DNA of 64,000 nt from Caecitellus pseudoparvulus. Lineage: Eukaryota > Protista > Bigyra: Bicosoecida. The position numbers and the translations under genes were made by a program. Of the stretch, positions 11,899-22,800 are shown one piece after another. The DNA is taken from the NCBI GenBank assembly GCA_965644315.1, contig CBFFRQ010000020.1:62001-126000 (forward strand), in the 5' to 3' direction. How positions within the stretch are numbered: the first letter of the stretch is position 1; the number at the start of each line of letters is the position of its first letter. The notes beneath the pieces were generated by a model. It was not told the DNA's origin. It did not search any database and was given only the letters and a program-made list of their open reading frames with translations.

Positions 11899-12049
11899 CA
11901 AAAAGGAACCTGAAGGCTGCGGAATTTGCCGGGCACAACACCAACAGTTCTGACTTGGTAGGGAGCGCAGAGAAGCACCGTGAGTGGGGTAGGTGTAGAA
12001 TTTATGTAATGAGAATGGAATGTAACATTATGCGCGAAAGGTACAGCAG

Positions 12050-13540
12050 TCAGGGGTCTCGCGAGGGTGGTTCTGCGGCCGCCCCCCCTGCAACGGCAGG
12101 GACGTGCAGCGTCCACTCGCCGCTGTGCAAGTCATACGAAACATGGCGCATGCCCTTCCCACTGGCCATGCGCCTCAGCTTCTCTGTGTATCCAGCTGCT
12201 TCGCCCTGCTCTTCCTCCGGCAGGGCATCTCGAAGGGCTGACCGGGCCAGGGGGGGTGCAGTCTGCTCCTGCCACGCCGAAGTGGGCGGCAGGCCCGGAC
12301 ACAGCGGCAGCCCCTGCAGCATGACCTGCGTGGCGCAGGGAGCACATCGCCTCAAGAGCTCTTCGTGACGCGCCCATGCCGAGCCCCCGCCGCTCCTGCA
12401 CGCCACGGCTGCTGTCCGGCACTCCACACTGTCAGCCTCCAGCCCCTCATGGTACCCCTCCACGTCAAGCAGGGGATATGCAGGGTCCAGCCAAGGCTCC
12501 GGCCAGCAGTCCCACAGCACGAGCTGCTGTGCGTGGGCCTGCAGCTGCCTGGGCAGGGTCAGCTGCCCGCCCCACAGCTCCACGCGGGCCAGGGACAGAC
12601 CTCGAACATCAAGGGGCGCCAGCCATGTCACGGCACCCTGCCCAGGGAAGACCAGGGTGAAGCCACAGAGCGCTGCGAGGGCCTTGTCAGCCACTTTCGG
12701 CTTCGCACTGCACAGCCACTGCAGGTACTCCGCTGTGGGCAGGGTGAAGGCGCCTGCAGGGGTGTCACACGGGGGCTCGACGCTCTCCACTTCCACGTCC
12801 CCCGTCGCTTCGCTGGGCGGAGGGAGGGGCGCTGTCCCCTCGCAAATCGTGACATTGCGCCGGTGGGGGGCCTTGCCACGGGCAGCTGGGCGGGGAGCCG
12901 CTCGGGACAAGTGCACCACACTCATGTCCTGGACGCCAATGTCCCCGACCGTATTCGAGTCGTCCTCGCCGCTGAGTGAGCCAGTGGGCGCCTCCAGGAC
13001 CCACTGCCGATGCTGTCCTAGAGCTTTCATCTCCTCCAGCTGCTCCTGCCAAGCCTCATCGTCAGCAGGCACCGGAGCGCGCCCTCGACAGTACTGCACC
13101 GTGGCGAGGGCTTGCAAGATGGCGCTGGAGCCAGTGGCTCGCAGGGGCAGCCGGATCCACACCAGCTCCGCGTTGTGCTTCAAGACCACACACATGCGCA
13201 CGAAATGCGGCGTGCATGGCGCATTCAGCTCAATGCCCCGCTGCATGTGCACCACGGGGGCTGGCCGGTCTGCGGAAATCGATGCCATCCTGGCACACAA
13301 CTCTGCTCTGCTGCAGGGCTGCTCCCCAGACGCAGGCGCACCCTGCATCGCCACCTCGGTAGGCGTAGCATATGAATTCTGGGGGTGTGTTTTGAGTGCT
13401 ACATTGAGAACCTGGCTGCAGGGGGGGGGGCGGGGTAGGTGGGCTTGAGTTGCTGCTTGGCACCCCCACACAGACAAACGCTTGCTTGCCTCCGCAAACG
13501 GACAATGACCCAAAACTCCATCTCCCAATTCACGACCCAT
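12050..13540 (-). CDS. Ubiquitin-like domain + Nup98-type autopeptidase (peptidase S59/Nucleoporin2) domain protein lacking the HFS cleavage motif; 5' exon structure uncertain
   Basis: FTLPT..L...FTLVFPGQGAVTWLAPLDVRGLSL...LVLWDCWP...YTEKLRRMASGKGMRHVSYDLHSGEWTLHV follows the Nup98 autopeptidase-domain pattern (F.v.r.g.G.v.f..pvD...l.L; y..kL.......g..f..Y...tG.W.F.V). An upstream LSGEDDSNTVGDIGVQDMSVVHL resembles a ubiquitin-fold C-terminus. Confidence 0.7.
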   Translation of the reverse strand: MGRELGDGVLGHCPFAEASKRLSVWGCQAATQAHLPRPPPCSQVLNVALKTHPQNSYATPTEVAMQGAPASGEQPCSRAELCARMASISADRPAPVVHMQRGIELNAPCTPHFVRMCVVLKHNAELVWIRLPLRATGSSAILQALATVQYCRGRAPVPADDEAWQEQLEEMKALGQHRQWVLEAPTGSLSGEDDSNTVGDIGVQDMSVVHLSRAAPRPAARGKAPHRRNVTICEGTAPLPPPSEATGDVEVESVEPPCDTPAGAFTLPTAEYLQWLCSAKPKVADKALAALCGFTLVFPGQGAVTWLAPLDVRGLSLARVELWGGQLTLPRQLQAHAQQLVLWDCWPEPWLDPAYPLLDVEGYHEGLEADSVECRTAAVACRSGGGSAWARHEELLRRCAPCATQVMLQGLPLCPGLPPTSAWQEQTAPPLARSALRDALPEEEQGEAAGYTEKLRRMASGKGMRHVSYDLHSGEWTLHVPAVAGGAAAEPPSRDP

Positions 13541-13714
13541 AATTCGCCGTCTTGAGGCTCTGCAACCCTCTGCCCCCCTTCCCTGCAGTGCCCGTTGGCT
13601 CGGCCAGGTCAGCCCTCGCAACTTACGTGGTTTCCGCCGTTTTGGTGCCTGCAAGTCAGCTCCCAAGGCTGTGCCTACTGCCGGGAGCTGTGACGACTTC
13701 AAGCTGCTGAAGAC

Positions 13715-15589
13715 ATGCAAGAGGATCACGCCAATGCTGTGTGTGCAGAGCCACCCCTAGAGGCGCCTCTGCTCGCCACCACAGCTGGCGGGCAAATCGA
13801 AGGGCAGGGCTCACTTGTTCCGCACGCCGCCAGCGCACAAGATGACTCTCCAAGCAGTGGTACAGGCAGCGAAGCGGGCGGCTCCAGCCGTGGATGGAGC
13901 GCTGAGTACTCCACTTTTTCCAACCCAGTCAGTGGGCGGGGCAGCACTGGGCGCCCCCGCACGACAGATGCTTCAACTGTCGGCGCCTCTGCGGCCTCAG
14001 AGCCGAGAAGCCTGGCACACAGTAGCCCAGCCTGCGCGCCAGGCAGCACCCTGGCAGTGCTGCCGACACACGAGGCCCAAGGCAATGCCTCTGCTTCAAG
14101 ATCAGGCCCAAAAGCCAAGGGCAAGACAGCGAGTGTGCGAAAGCTGCCGCTGGAAGTGCGCAGTGCACGCAGCACGCTGGACAGTGACAGCGGCAGCGAG
14201 ACGTCTGGCGGCGGGGGGCGGCGATCCGGCACCAAGCGCACTGTGGGCGTGCTGGGCCTGGCCTTGCTGGCGTACTTGACGGTGTGTGCGGGGCCGTACG
14301 GCATCGAGGACGCAGTGGCGGCAGCTGGCCCTGGCCCCGTCCTCCTGGGCGTCATCCTGCTGGGGCTGCTGTGGGGCCTGCCCCAGTCCCTCATCACCGC
14401 CGAGCTGAGCTGCATGATGGACGTAAATGGCAGCTATGTCCTGTGGGTGGAGCGCGGCCTGGGCCCCACAGCAGCCTGGATCTCCTCCTTCAACTCAGCC
14501 CTCTCCAACGCCTGCGACACGCCTCTGTACTGCATCCTGCTGTCCACGTACGTGAACTCCCTCGTGGCGTCCATGACGGGCAGTGCTCTGCCACACTGGG
14601 CCCAGCTGGCCCTGCGTGGCGCCACCCTCGCCATCATGCTCAGCGCAAACCTGCGGGGCATGGAGACGGTGCAGGGTGGCGCGCTGCTGGTAGTGCTGGC
14701 CATGCTGCTGCCTTTCCTGCTGGAGCCCATCGTGGGCTGGCACTACCTGCAGCCAGCGGAGTGGGTGGCCACCCGTCCCCTGCAGGACGTCGAGTGGGCT
14801 GTCCTCACCTCCACCCTGCTGTGGAACTTCCAAGGCTGGGATGCCATGGGGGCCATCGCGGGTGAGGTGAAGCACGCCTCCCGCACCTACGTCTGGGGCA
14901 TCGTCCTGGCCCTGCTCCTCACCGTCGTCACGTACCTCATCCCCGTCGCCACCAACGCCGGCGTGAACAGCAACTTCGCCGCCTGGGGCGACGGCAGCCT
15001 CGCTGGCATGGCCAGCCAGGTGGCGCCGTGGCTGGGCGTGTGGGTGGTGGTGGGGGCCTGCCTGGCCCAGCTGGGCAACGGGCTGACCATGCTGGCCAAC
15101 TCCTCCCGAGTGCTGTGGCAGATGGCCCACCGCCGCATGCTGCCGCCAGTGCTGGGCTGCACGTGGGAGGCCTACGGCACGCCCGCCACCGCCCTGCTGG
15201 CACAGGCCCTCGTCACGGCAGTGCTCATGGTGGTCTCTGACTTCCCCACCCTCGTCGTCTTTGACACCTTCTTCAACAACATCTCCCTCACCCTGGAAAC
15301 CGTTGCCTTCCTCCGCCTGCGGTACATCGAGGCCAACACGCACCGGCCCTTCCTCGTGCCGGGCGGGCTCCCCCTCGCCTGGGCGCTCACCGTGGCCAAG
15401 GGAGCCGTGCTGGGTTTTGCCTTTGCCACCATCACGGCATGGCATGTGTGGGCCATTGCAGGTGGCGTCAACGTCGTCGTCATCCTCGGGTACTTTGCAG
15501 TCTCCCACTGCCGCAGGTCAGACCTGCAGGCGTCGGCCGGTCGGCTTGGGCCTGGGGAGGAGGCGGCCCTGCTGCTGTCGGAAGTGTGA
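13715..15589 (+). CDS. APC-superfamily amino acid/polyamine transporter (plant PUT/RMV1-like) with a long disordered N-terminus
   Basis: YLTVCAGPYGIEDAV, PQSLITAELS..NG.YV.WV, LLWNFQGWD..AGEV and RPFLVPGG; about 12 hydrophobic segments; single exon. Confidence 0.9.
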   Translation: MQEDHANAVCAEPPLEAPLLATTAGGQIEGQGSLVPHAASAQDDSPSSGTGSEAGGSSRGWSAEYSTFSNPVSGRGSTGRPRTTDASTVGASAASEPRSLAHSSPACAPGSTLAVLPTHEAQGNASASRSGPKAKGKTASVRKLPLEVRSARSTLDSDSGSETSGGGGRRSGTKRTVGVLGLALLAYLTVCAGPYGIEDAVAAAGPGPVLLGVILLGLLWGLPQSLITAELSCMMDVNGSYVLWVERGLGPTAAWISSFNSALSNACDTPLYCILLSTYVNSLVASMTGSALPHWAQLALRGATLAIMLSANLRGMETVQGGALLVVLAMLLPFLLEPIVGWHYLQPAEWVATRPLQDVEWAVLTSTLLWNFQGWDAMGAIAGEVKHASRTYVWGIVLALLLTVVTYLIPVATNAGVNSNFAAWGDGSLAGMASQVAPWLGVWVVVGACLAQLGNGLTMLANSSRVLWQMAHRRMLPPVLGCTWEAYGTPATALLAQALVTAVLMVVSDFPTLVVFDTFFNNISLTLETVAFLRLRYIEANTHRPFLVPGGLPLAWALTVAKGAVLGFAFATITAWHVWAIAGGVNVVVILGYFAVSHCRRSDLQASAGRLGPGEEAALLLSEV

Positions 15590-15702
15590 AGTCTCCACGC
15601 ACTCCCCGTGTATTGTAATAATTCATTGTCATGCCAACGGGCGCTGCACCGTCGCTGCCACGACAAGCGCGAGGCGACGTGCCGGCAGCTCACACAGTGG
15701 CC

Positions 15703-16835
15703 ATGCCTGAAACGCAGACGAAACAGCGGGCCAAGCGGCTCCTGCACATTTCCGCCGTTCCAGAACACCTTGCATTCAATGACCATGTGCTCGACGGGTA
15801 CCGCAAGCCACTGTCCCCTTGGGGCTGCTTCCTCAGCATTTTCCAGCTGCACAATGAGACACTCAACATCTTGACACATGGAGGCGCCTGGCTCGTGAGT
15901 GCGCAGCAGCCGCCCCGCGCAGCCACCGCGCACGCCCGCCAAACTCCCTGCCGCAGGTCATGATCCTCTGGCTACTGCACACTCCCTGGCTGGCCTGCCT
16001 AGTGCCACCTCACCTGCCCCCCGCGCCGGGGCCCCTACTCTGGTGGGTGGTCACTGGGACCCTGCCTGAGCCACAGGGCACGCAGGAGGTCCCTGACTCT
16101 GGCACATACCACACGTGGCACGCACTAGGCGGGTACACGTTTGTGGCGGGCCGTGGCGACGTGCCGCTCCTGGCGCTGGGGCTATACACCGCTGCCGCCA
16201 GCGTGACGATGGGGCTGTCAGCGGTGTACCACACGTGCATGCCAGCCACCCGCACGGCGCGGCAGTACGCAGCCCTGCTCAAGACAGACGTCGCAGGCGT
16301 GTGGCTTGTGAACATCGCAGGGTGGGCACTATCCATTTACCCTGTCGGGGCGTGTGTCCTGCCACTGGCCTGGCGCACCGCCCCCGTGGCGCTGGCGGGG
16401 GCAGCCACCCTCATCCTCATCCTCACAGCGACCTCCCCAGCCCAGCGGGGCATCCCCCTGCTCATGCTGGCTGCGGCACGCCTGGTGGGCTTCCCTCTGC
16501 GGGCCTGGTGGGGCCTGGGGTGGCTGGAGGCCACTTGGCTGTGGACACTGTCGGAGGGCCTGGCGCTGCTGGGGGGCGTCGTGAACGTGCTGCGCATTCC
16601 AGAGCGCTGGTCGCCGGGGGCCTTCGACGTCTTCTTCAACTCCCACACCATCATGCACGTGGTGGCGGTGGCGGCCATCTCCACGGCCCACGTGGCAGCA
16701 GGCATGGACAGGGCGTGGGTGCTGCATGGAGACCACCACGCCACCGTGTGCCTCGCAGAGGAGTCACACGTGTGGTTGGTGCCGGCGCGCAGAGCGTTCG
16801 CGTGGGCGCTGGGTGTGAATGCAGAGGGGGAGTGA
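15703..16835 (+). CDS. PAQR/adiponectin receptor (hemolysin III family); exons 15703-15894, 15957-16835 (alternative ATG at 15631)
   Basis: PEHLAFNDHVLDGYR, LHNETLNILTH, SAVYHT, D..G and RIPERWSPGAFDVFFNSHTIMHV. One 62-nt GT-AG intron. Confidence 0.92.
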
Positions 16836-16861
16836 GTGTCGCCACGCCCCACCCTGAGCCA

Positions 16862-17436
16862 TCAGCTGCGTGCCTTGATCTTGCCCAGCAAGTCCTTGAT
16901 CCGGTGCTTCATCACGGGCTGCCCGCGGTCTGTGCGCTCCTTGTACTTGCGGGCCTTGGAACGGCGGGCCTTCAGCCGCTTGGCCCTCTCCACCTCAGCG
17001 GCTGCAGCGGCCTCCTTGCGAGCCAGTGCCTGCGCAGCGCGCTGCTCGGCAGCCCGTTTCGCCTTGAAAAGCGGGTCGTACTTGACAGCTGGTGCAGATG
17101 GGGCTGACTGGGGCTCTGGGGAACTATCGGCAGCCACAGGGGAAGATGGAGTGGGGCTGCCAGCCCGGTCCGCTGCCTCGCCCGCATCCTGCGCACCGCC
17201 GGCTCTGGATCGCTTGCCGCTCTTTGCCCGGGGTCCAGGCTGCACGATTCCAGCCGCCTCAGCAGAGGGCAGCACCTTGCTGAAATACTCTGACTTCTGG
17301 CGCTTTGTTGAGATCTTCTCACGCCGCCGCTTGCGCTGCAGGGGGACAGAGGGGTGCAGCAACTTGCGCAGGTGAGCATGGAACCAGTTTCCGCACCCCA
17401 TACCAAGAAACGCTTGAAGTGGTCTGTGGAAGACAT
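16862..17436 (-). CDS. CCDC59/TAP26/Fyv7-like basic rRNA-processing protein; exons 17436-17404, 17335-16862
   Basis: C-terminal RTDRGQPVMKHRIKDLLGKI signature and Lys/Arg-rich coiled coils. One 68-nt GT-AG intron. Confidence 0.8.
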
Positions 17437-17931
17437 GGCGCGCCTATGCAAAAGAGATAATGCGAGCGCTGCTAGAGCTTTCTGGTGCCAAGCAAACTTG
17501 AGCTGGGCAGCGTGCAGGAGAGGGGACCGGGGAGGAAGCAGGCGCGTTCCTGCAGCACAAGTGTGGATGCCGACTTTCTGCGGGGCAGGTGCAAGTCACA
17601 ACAGAACGGGAAGTGTTCCTCGGGTTGAAGCACTAATGATTGCAAAGTAGAGGAACGAGTGATGTGCTGTGAAGCGCCAAGGGCCCCACGAACCCGCCAC
17701 TCGCCCTCGCTTCTCGACCAAGCCAGCCTTGCCTCGGCCAACGGCAGCGACGGAGGCTGCGAGCTGCAGCGCCCAGCAAACGCTGGCCGTCCCAAAACCA
17801 ATCCCAGTTGATGCCCAGTCCCTCGTTCACTTTGTGGCTCAGCTTCTCTCGCCTTGCACCCCTCTCTCCCTGCACTCGCCCAGGCTGCGTGCGGAGTTTC
17901 AACGAGCGTTTCACACACCACCACTGCAGAC

Positions 17932-19835
17932 ATGCAGGCAGGCGGCGCACCCGTGCTGGTGCTGAACCAGAACACCCAGCGTGAGACAGGCCGCAAGGCG
18001 CAGCTGGGCAACATCGCTGCTGCAAAGGTGCGTGATGCGGGGCGCGTGTAGGGCATAGCAAGCGCCCGTACGTACGCAACGCCAAGCATGCCCACACCTG
18101 CCCCGCCCGCTGCCTGCTGGCCCCTCCCACAGGCCGTGTCCGACGTCGTGCGCACAACCCTCGGGCCTCGATCCATGTTGAAGATGCTGCTGGACCCCAT
18201 GGGAGGCATCGTGATGACCAACGACGGGAACGCCATCCTGCGTGAAATCGACGTCGCCCACCCGGCCGCCAAGAGCATGATTGAGCTCAGCCGCAACCAG
18301 AGCGAGGAAGTGGGGGATGGCACGACCTCCGTCATCATCCTGTGTACGTAGCTGCTGTGTCACCATGTGCTCAGACTGACCCCATGGAGGGGCAGAGCAC
18401 TGCAGGCGCCCGCCGCGCATGGCGTTTCATGGCCGTTGACATGCCGCACGGCACCCCGCACGCCTTCGCCCGCTGCACAGCTGGCGAGATGCTGGTGGTG
18501 GCAGAGCCATTCCTGATGCAGAGCATGCACCCCACCGTGATTGTGCGCGCCTACCGCCAGGCCCTGGACGCCGCCATGGAGATCTGCGAGAGCATCGCCG
18601 TGGACATCGACACCACCGACGAGGAGCAGATGCGGCGCCTGATCCTGTCGTGCATTGGCACCAAGTTCACGTCTCGCTTCGGGGACCTCATGGCAGACCT
18701 GGCCCTCAAGGCCGTGCAGCGCGTGATGGTGGAGCAGGGCGGGCACAAGATCATTGACACCAAGCGGTACGCCAAGGTGGAGAAGATCCCGGGGGGTGAC
18801 CTGTCCGAGTGCCGCGTGCTGGACGGCGTGATGATCAACAAGGACGTCACGCACGCCCGCATGCGCCGGCGCATCGAGAACCCCCGCATCCTGCTGCTGG
18901 ACTGCCCCGTGGAGTACAAGAAGGGCGAGAGCCAGACGAGCCTGGAGATCACCAAAGAGGAGGACTTCGCCGCCATCCTGCGCCAGGAAGAGGAGTACGT
19001 CGAGCGCATGTGCGCCGACATCATCCGCCTCAAGCCTGACTTGGTGTGCACGGAGAAGGGCGTGTCAGACCTCGCCCAGCACTACCTGTACAAGGCCGGC
19101 ATCTCTGTCCTGCGCCGCCTGCGCAAGACGGATAACAACCGCATCGCCAGGTGCTGCGGCGCCACCATCGTGCACCGCACGGAGGAGCTGACAGAGGAGG
19201 ACATCGGCACGGGCTGCGGCCTGTTCGAGGTGCGCAAGTTCGGCGACGAGTACTTCTCCTTCATCGAGGAGTGCGCCGACCCCAAGGCCTGCACCATCCT
19301 CCTGCGGGGCGCCTCCAAGGACGTGCTCATGGAGATCGAGCGCAACCTGGAGGACGCCATCGGCGTCGCCCGCAACGTCATGTTCGAGCCCAAGCTCCTG
19401 CCCGGCGGCGGCGCGACAGAGATGGCCATCGCCCAGGGCCTGGCCGAGCGCAGCACCAGCGTGGCGGGCGTGGAGGCGTGGCCCTTCCGGGCCGTCGGGC
19501 GGGCCATGGAGGTCATCCCCCGCACCTTGGCACAGAACTGCGGCGCAGATGTCGTGCGCCTGCTGACGGAGCTGCGGGCAGCCAAGGCTGAGGGCGCCAA
19601 CCCCATGTTGGGCCTGGACGGCTCCACTGGCAAGCTGGCAGACGTCTCGGAGCTGGGCATCTGGGACCCCTTCACTGTGAAGACGCAGACCATCAAGACC
19701 GCCATCGAGGCGGCGTGCATGCTGCTGCGCATCGACGACATCGTCTCGGGCATGACGTCCAGGCACAAGAAGGCAGACGCGGCGGCGGGGGCGCGGGGTG
19801 GCGCGCCCTCCATGCAGCCCATGCCGGGCATGTAG
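17932..19835 (+). CDS. CCT3: T-complex protein 1 subunit gamma; exons 17932-18027, 18133-18343, 18481-19835
   Basis: PVLVLNQNTQRETGRKAQLGNIAAAKAV, TNDGNAILREI, VGDGTTSV, EYKKGESQT and RRLRKTDNNRIAR. Introns of 105 and 137 nt. Confidence 0.98.
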
Positions 19836-19894
19836 GTGCAATGCAACGACAGTCAGCGCTTCACGGAGCCTGCATTGATGTGGCGTGGCGCGGC

Positions 19895-22800
19895 CTAGGC
19901 GGCGGGTGCCACCAAGCGTCCACGCAGCAGGGCTGCAGCCTGCGCAGACACGGCCTCCCACGGAGCGGCGACATCCCCCAGCCCAGGCAAGCTGGCGCAC
20001 TGGGCCGCCTGGGCGGAGGCCAGGTCTGCCACGGCGCTCTGCAGCACGTCTGGCGACGCGTCCGCCAGCCACGCCCTCGTGCCGCTCACCAGTGCCGCTG
20101 CCATCTGCGCCGCGTCCAGCACAGCGCGCAAGGCTGCGGGGGAGCCCTGGCCCACCACCCGCGGCACTGGCTCTTGAGCGGGCGGTGTCAGACACCCCTG
20201 CACGTCAGCCAGGGCGGCAGCGAGGGCGTCCACCTCGGCGGCCGTGTCGCCGGCTGCCGAGGCACCCCGGACGAGGCAGCGAGCGAGGGAGCGGCACTTG
20301 CCCGCCAACGTCGCCAGCGTTGCGCTGCGCCAGGCTGCCAGGGCCACCTCCGAGTGCCCCCCCGCAGCCATGGCGCGAAGCAGGCTGGGCGCCAGGGGGG
20401 CTGTTGGCTGCAGGTGCCCAGCAGCTGCCTGGGCAGCCTGGGCGTGGGCGGCGGCCCACCAGGACGTGGGGATGGCCAACCCAGCCAAGGGGGTAGGCAG
20501 GGCCGGCAGGTCACCCAGGGGCTGCAGAGTCCACGCAGGCGCCGTGTGGCGGGCCAGGATGTCGTGGGCAACGCGGCTCCAGCCAACGGCCCCGAAGGCT
20601 GCGGCAGGGCTGTCCAGTGCCAGGCCCTGCCCCGGCCCAGCACCCGGCAGACACCCTTGGCCGTCCACAGAGGCAGCAAGCAGCGCCACGGCCACTGCCG
20701 CCTGCCACTGCCCTGCACCCTCCAGCTGGGCCAGGGCCGTGTTTGTGAGCACGGCAGTCTGGCGTGCGCCCAGCACGGGCAGGGGCATGGCCTCTGCCCT
20801 TGCGTAGGCGTATCCCCGCGCAGCGGCCAGCGCCCAGTGAGCCAGCAGGGGCACCGTGGCGTCCAGGGCGTGGGGGGACCATGACTGCGGCGTGAGCAGG
20901 GCGGTCAGGGACGTGTCAGGGAAGGGCACCGACGTCGCGTTCTGGGCGGCGGCGTTGGCGCCTGTCAGCTCAGCCTCTGCGGCCAGCTGCAGGGCGCGGT
21001 ACCATGCGTCGCAAGTGCCCTCCCCGCCACCGCCATGCCAGGGGCGGGGGGACCCTGCCGTCTGCCCATCGGGCGCTGTGGCTGCGGCGGTGAAGAGGTG
21101 CAAGGCGTCCACCAGTGGCGTGGGGGCGCGGGGAGCGTCCCCAAAGCGCAGGAACAGCGCGAAGCCCACCAGCCAGTGCTCAGCTTCCAGCCCCACCACC
21201 TCGTCCTCCAGGCGCCGAGCCACGACAGACAGCAGGCGCAGGACGGGGGCAGGGACAGTCGTGTGGCCGCCCCCTGCTTCGGCGGCGGCCAGCCACGACT
21301 CCACCTGCGCATTCACCAGGTCTGACGCCGTCGCGTCGCCGTGTGCACCGGCCAGGATGAGGCCCAGTCGGGGGTACCCCGCCTCCAGGGCATGCTCCGC
21401 CGCTGTGGCAAGGTCCCCCTGCAGCAGTGCATCCCACGCGCCCTGTAGGGCGCGCGCCGCTTCTGCGTCCTCAGGTGACACGCCTGCACCTGCCAGGGAG
21501 GAAGGTTGCTGCGCCAAGGCTTGAGGCATGGTGCGCTGCAGCCAGGCAAGCAGCGCGTCGCGCCGCCGCATGGTGCCACGCCAGTCTCGGTACACGGGGA
21601 AGCTGTCGCTGATGGCGGCAGAGACGGTGTCGTACGGCAGACGAGGCTGCCCGGTGCCGCCGCTCGTCGCAGGCGTGGCCGCTGCGCCCCACAGAGTGTC
21701 CAGCAAGTCCACCGTGGCGGCTGCATGCTGTGCCCAGGCAGCCGTGTCCGAGCTGCTGGTTTCCGCAGTGCGCAGGAGCTGACTGCGCAGCGCCTGCAGG
21801 CTCTCCGCACCGAAGACGCACCCCAAGGCGCCTGTCGGGCGTGAGCGCAGGGGTGGATCGGACGACAAGTCCTTGGCGAAGACAGGCACAGGGGTCTGCT
21901 GTGGTGCTGCCAGGGAACTGCTCGCCACCACCTGCTGCACGCAGGCGGCGGCAGCGGCGCAGCCCTCCTCCGTGCCGGTGCCCAGAGGCTGCAGCTTGAA
22001 GAGCGCCACACGCTGGCCGCTGGGAACGGCCAGGCGGCCCCCTGGGCCCCAAGCAATGCGCACTCCGGGCCGACCCAAGGGCTGACTGGGGGAGGGCAGC
22101 GGCAACGTGGGGAGGGGGGTGACGACAGGGGGCGGGCGGCTGGCCTCACGCACTCGACCGGCCTCTGCCTCTGCCACGATGGCCTGTAGCATGTCCAGAC
22201 GGCCGGGGGTGTGCGGCACGCCAGCTGGCTGCCTGCCCTTGTCCGGCGTGAAGGCGTGCACCCGGCCGCGCTTGACACCGCTGCCTGGGCGCGCCCAGGT
22301 GGAGAAGTGGGGCACCGTGACGGTCAGCGTGCGTGCGCCGACGTCGTATCGGACCTCTTCCGCGCCGCTTTCCCTGTACAACTCCACGTGTTCCTGGCGG
22401 AACGCTTCGGCAGTGCTGTCGGCGGGGTGCTCCACGCCTTCAAAGACGATGTCTGCCCGCGCGTTGGCGAGGGAGGGGGCGATGTCATGGTCCACGCCAT
22501 GCTCCTCCTCATCCATCAGCAGGCACTGGCCCAGGTCCACTGCAGACAGGTCCACGGCCGTGCGCCACCGCAGCATGACCACGCCGGGCCGCCGAACGGC
22601 AAAGCCCTCCACAGCCTTGATCTCCGCTTTGCTCATGGTCAGCAGGTCGCCCTCGCTGGGGCTGACTAGCACCACGCCGCTGGGTGGAGCAGTGGGCAGC
22701 CAGGGGCGGGTCCTGCGTGCCTCCGCCCACCGCGCCTCCCGCCCAGCACCCACAGCGTTGCCGATGCTGCTGCCGCCAGGCTGCACGCCAAAGGATGCGA

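Noticed and set aside
12000-12030. TGTAA as a green-algal-type polyadenylation signal (also at about 15614)
   Set aside because: The copies near 12005-12025 are on the strand opposite to the flanking genes, and I did not find the motif consistently behind other stops.
13421-13435. G-runs as G-quadruplex or regulatory elements (also 34371-34379)
   Set aside because: They correspond to C-rich polypyrimidine tracts just upstream of - strand CAG acceptors.
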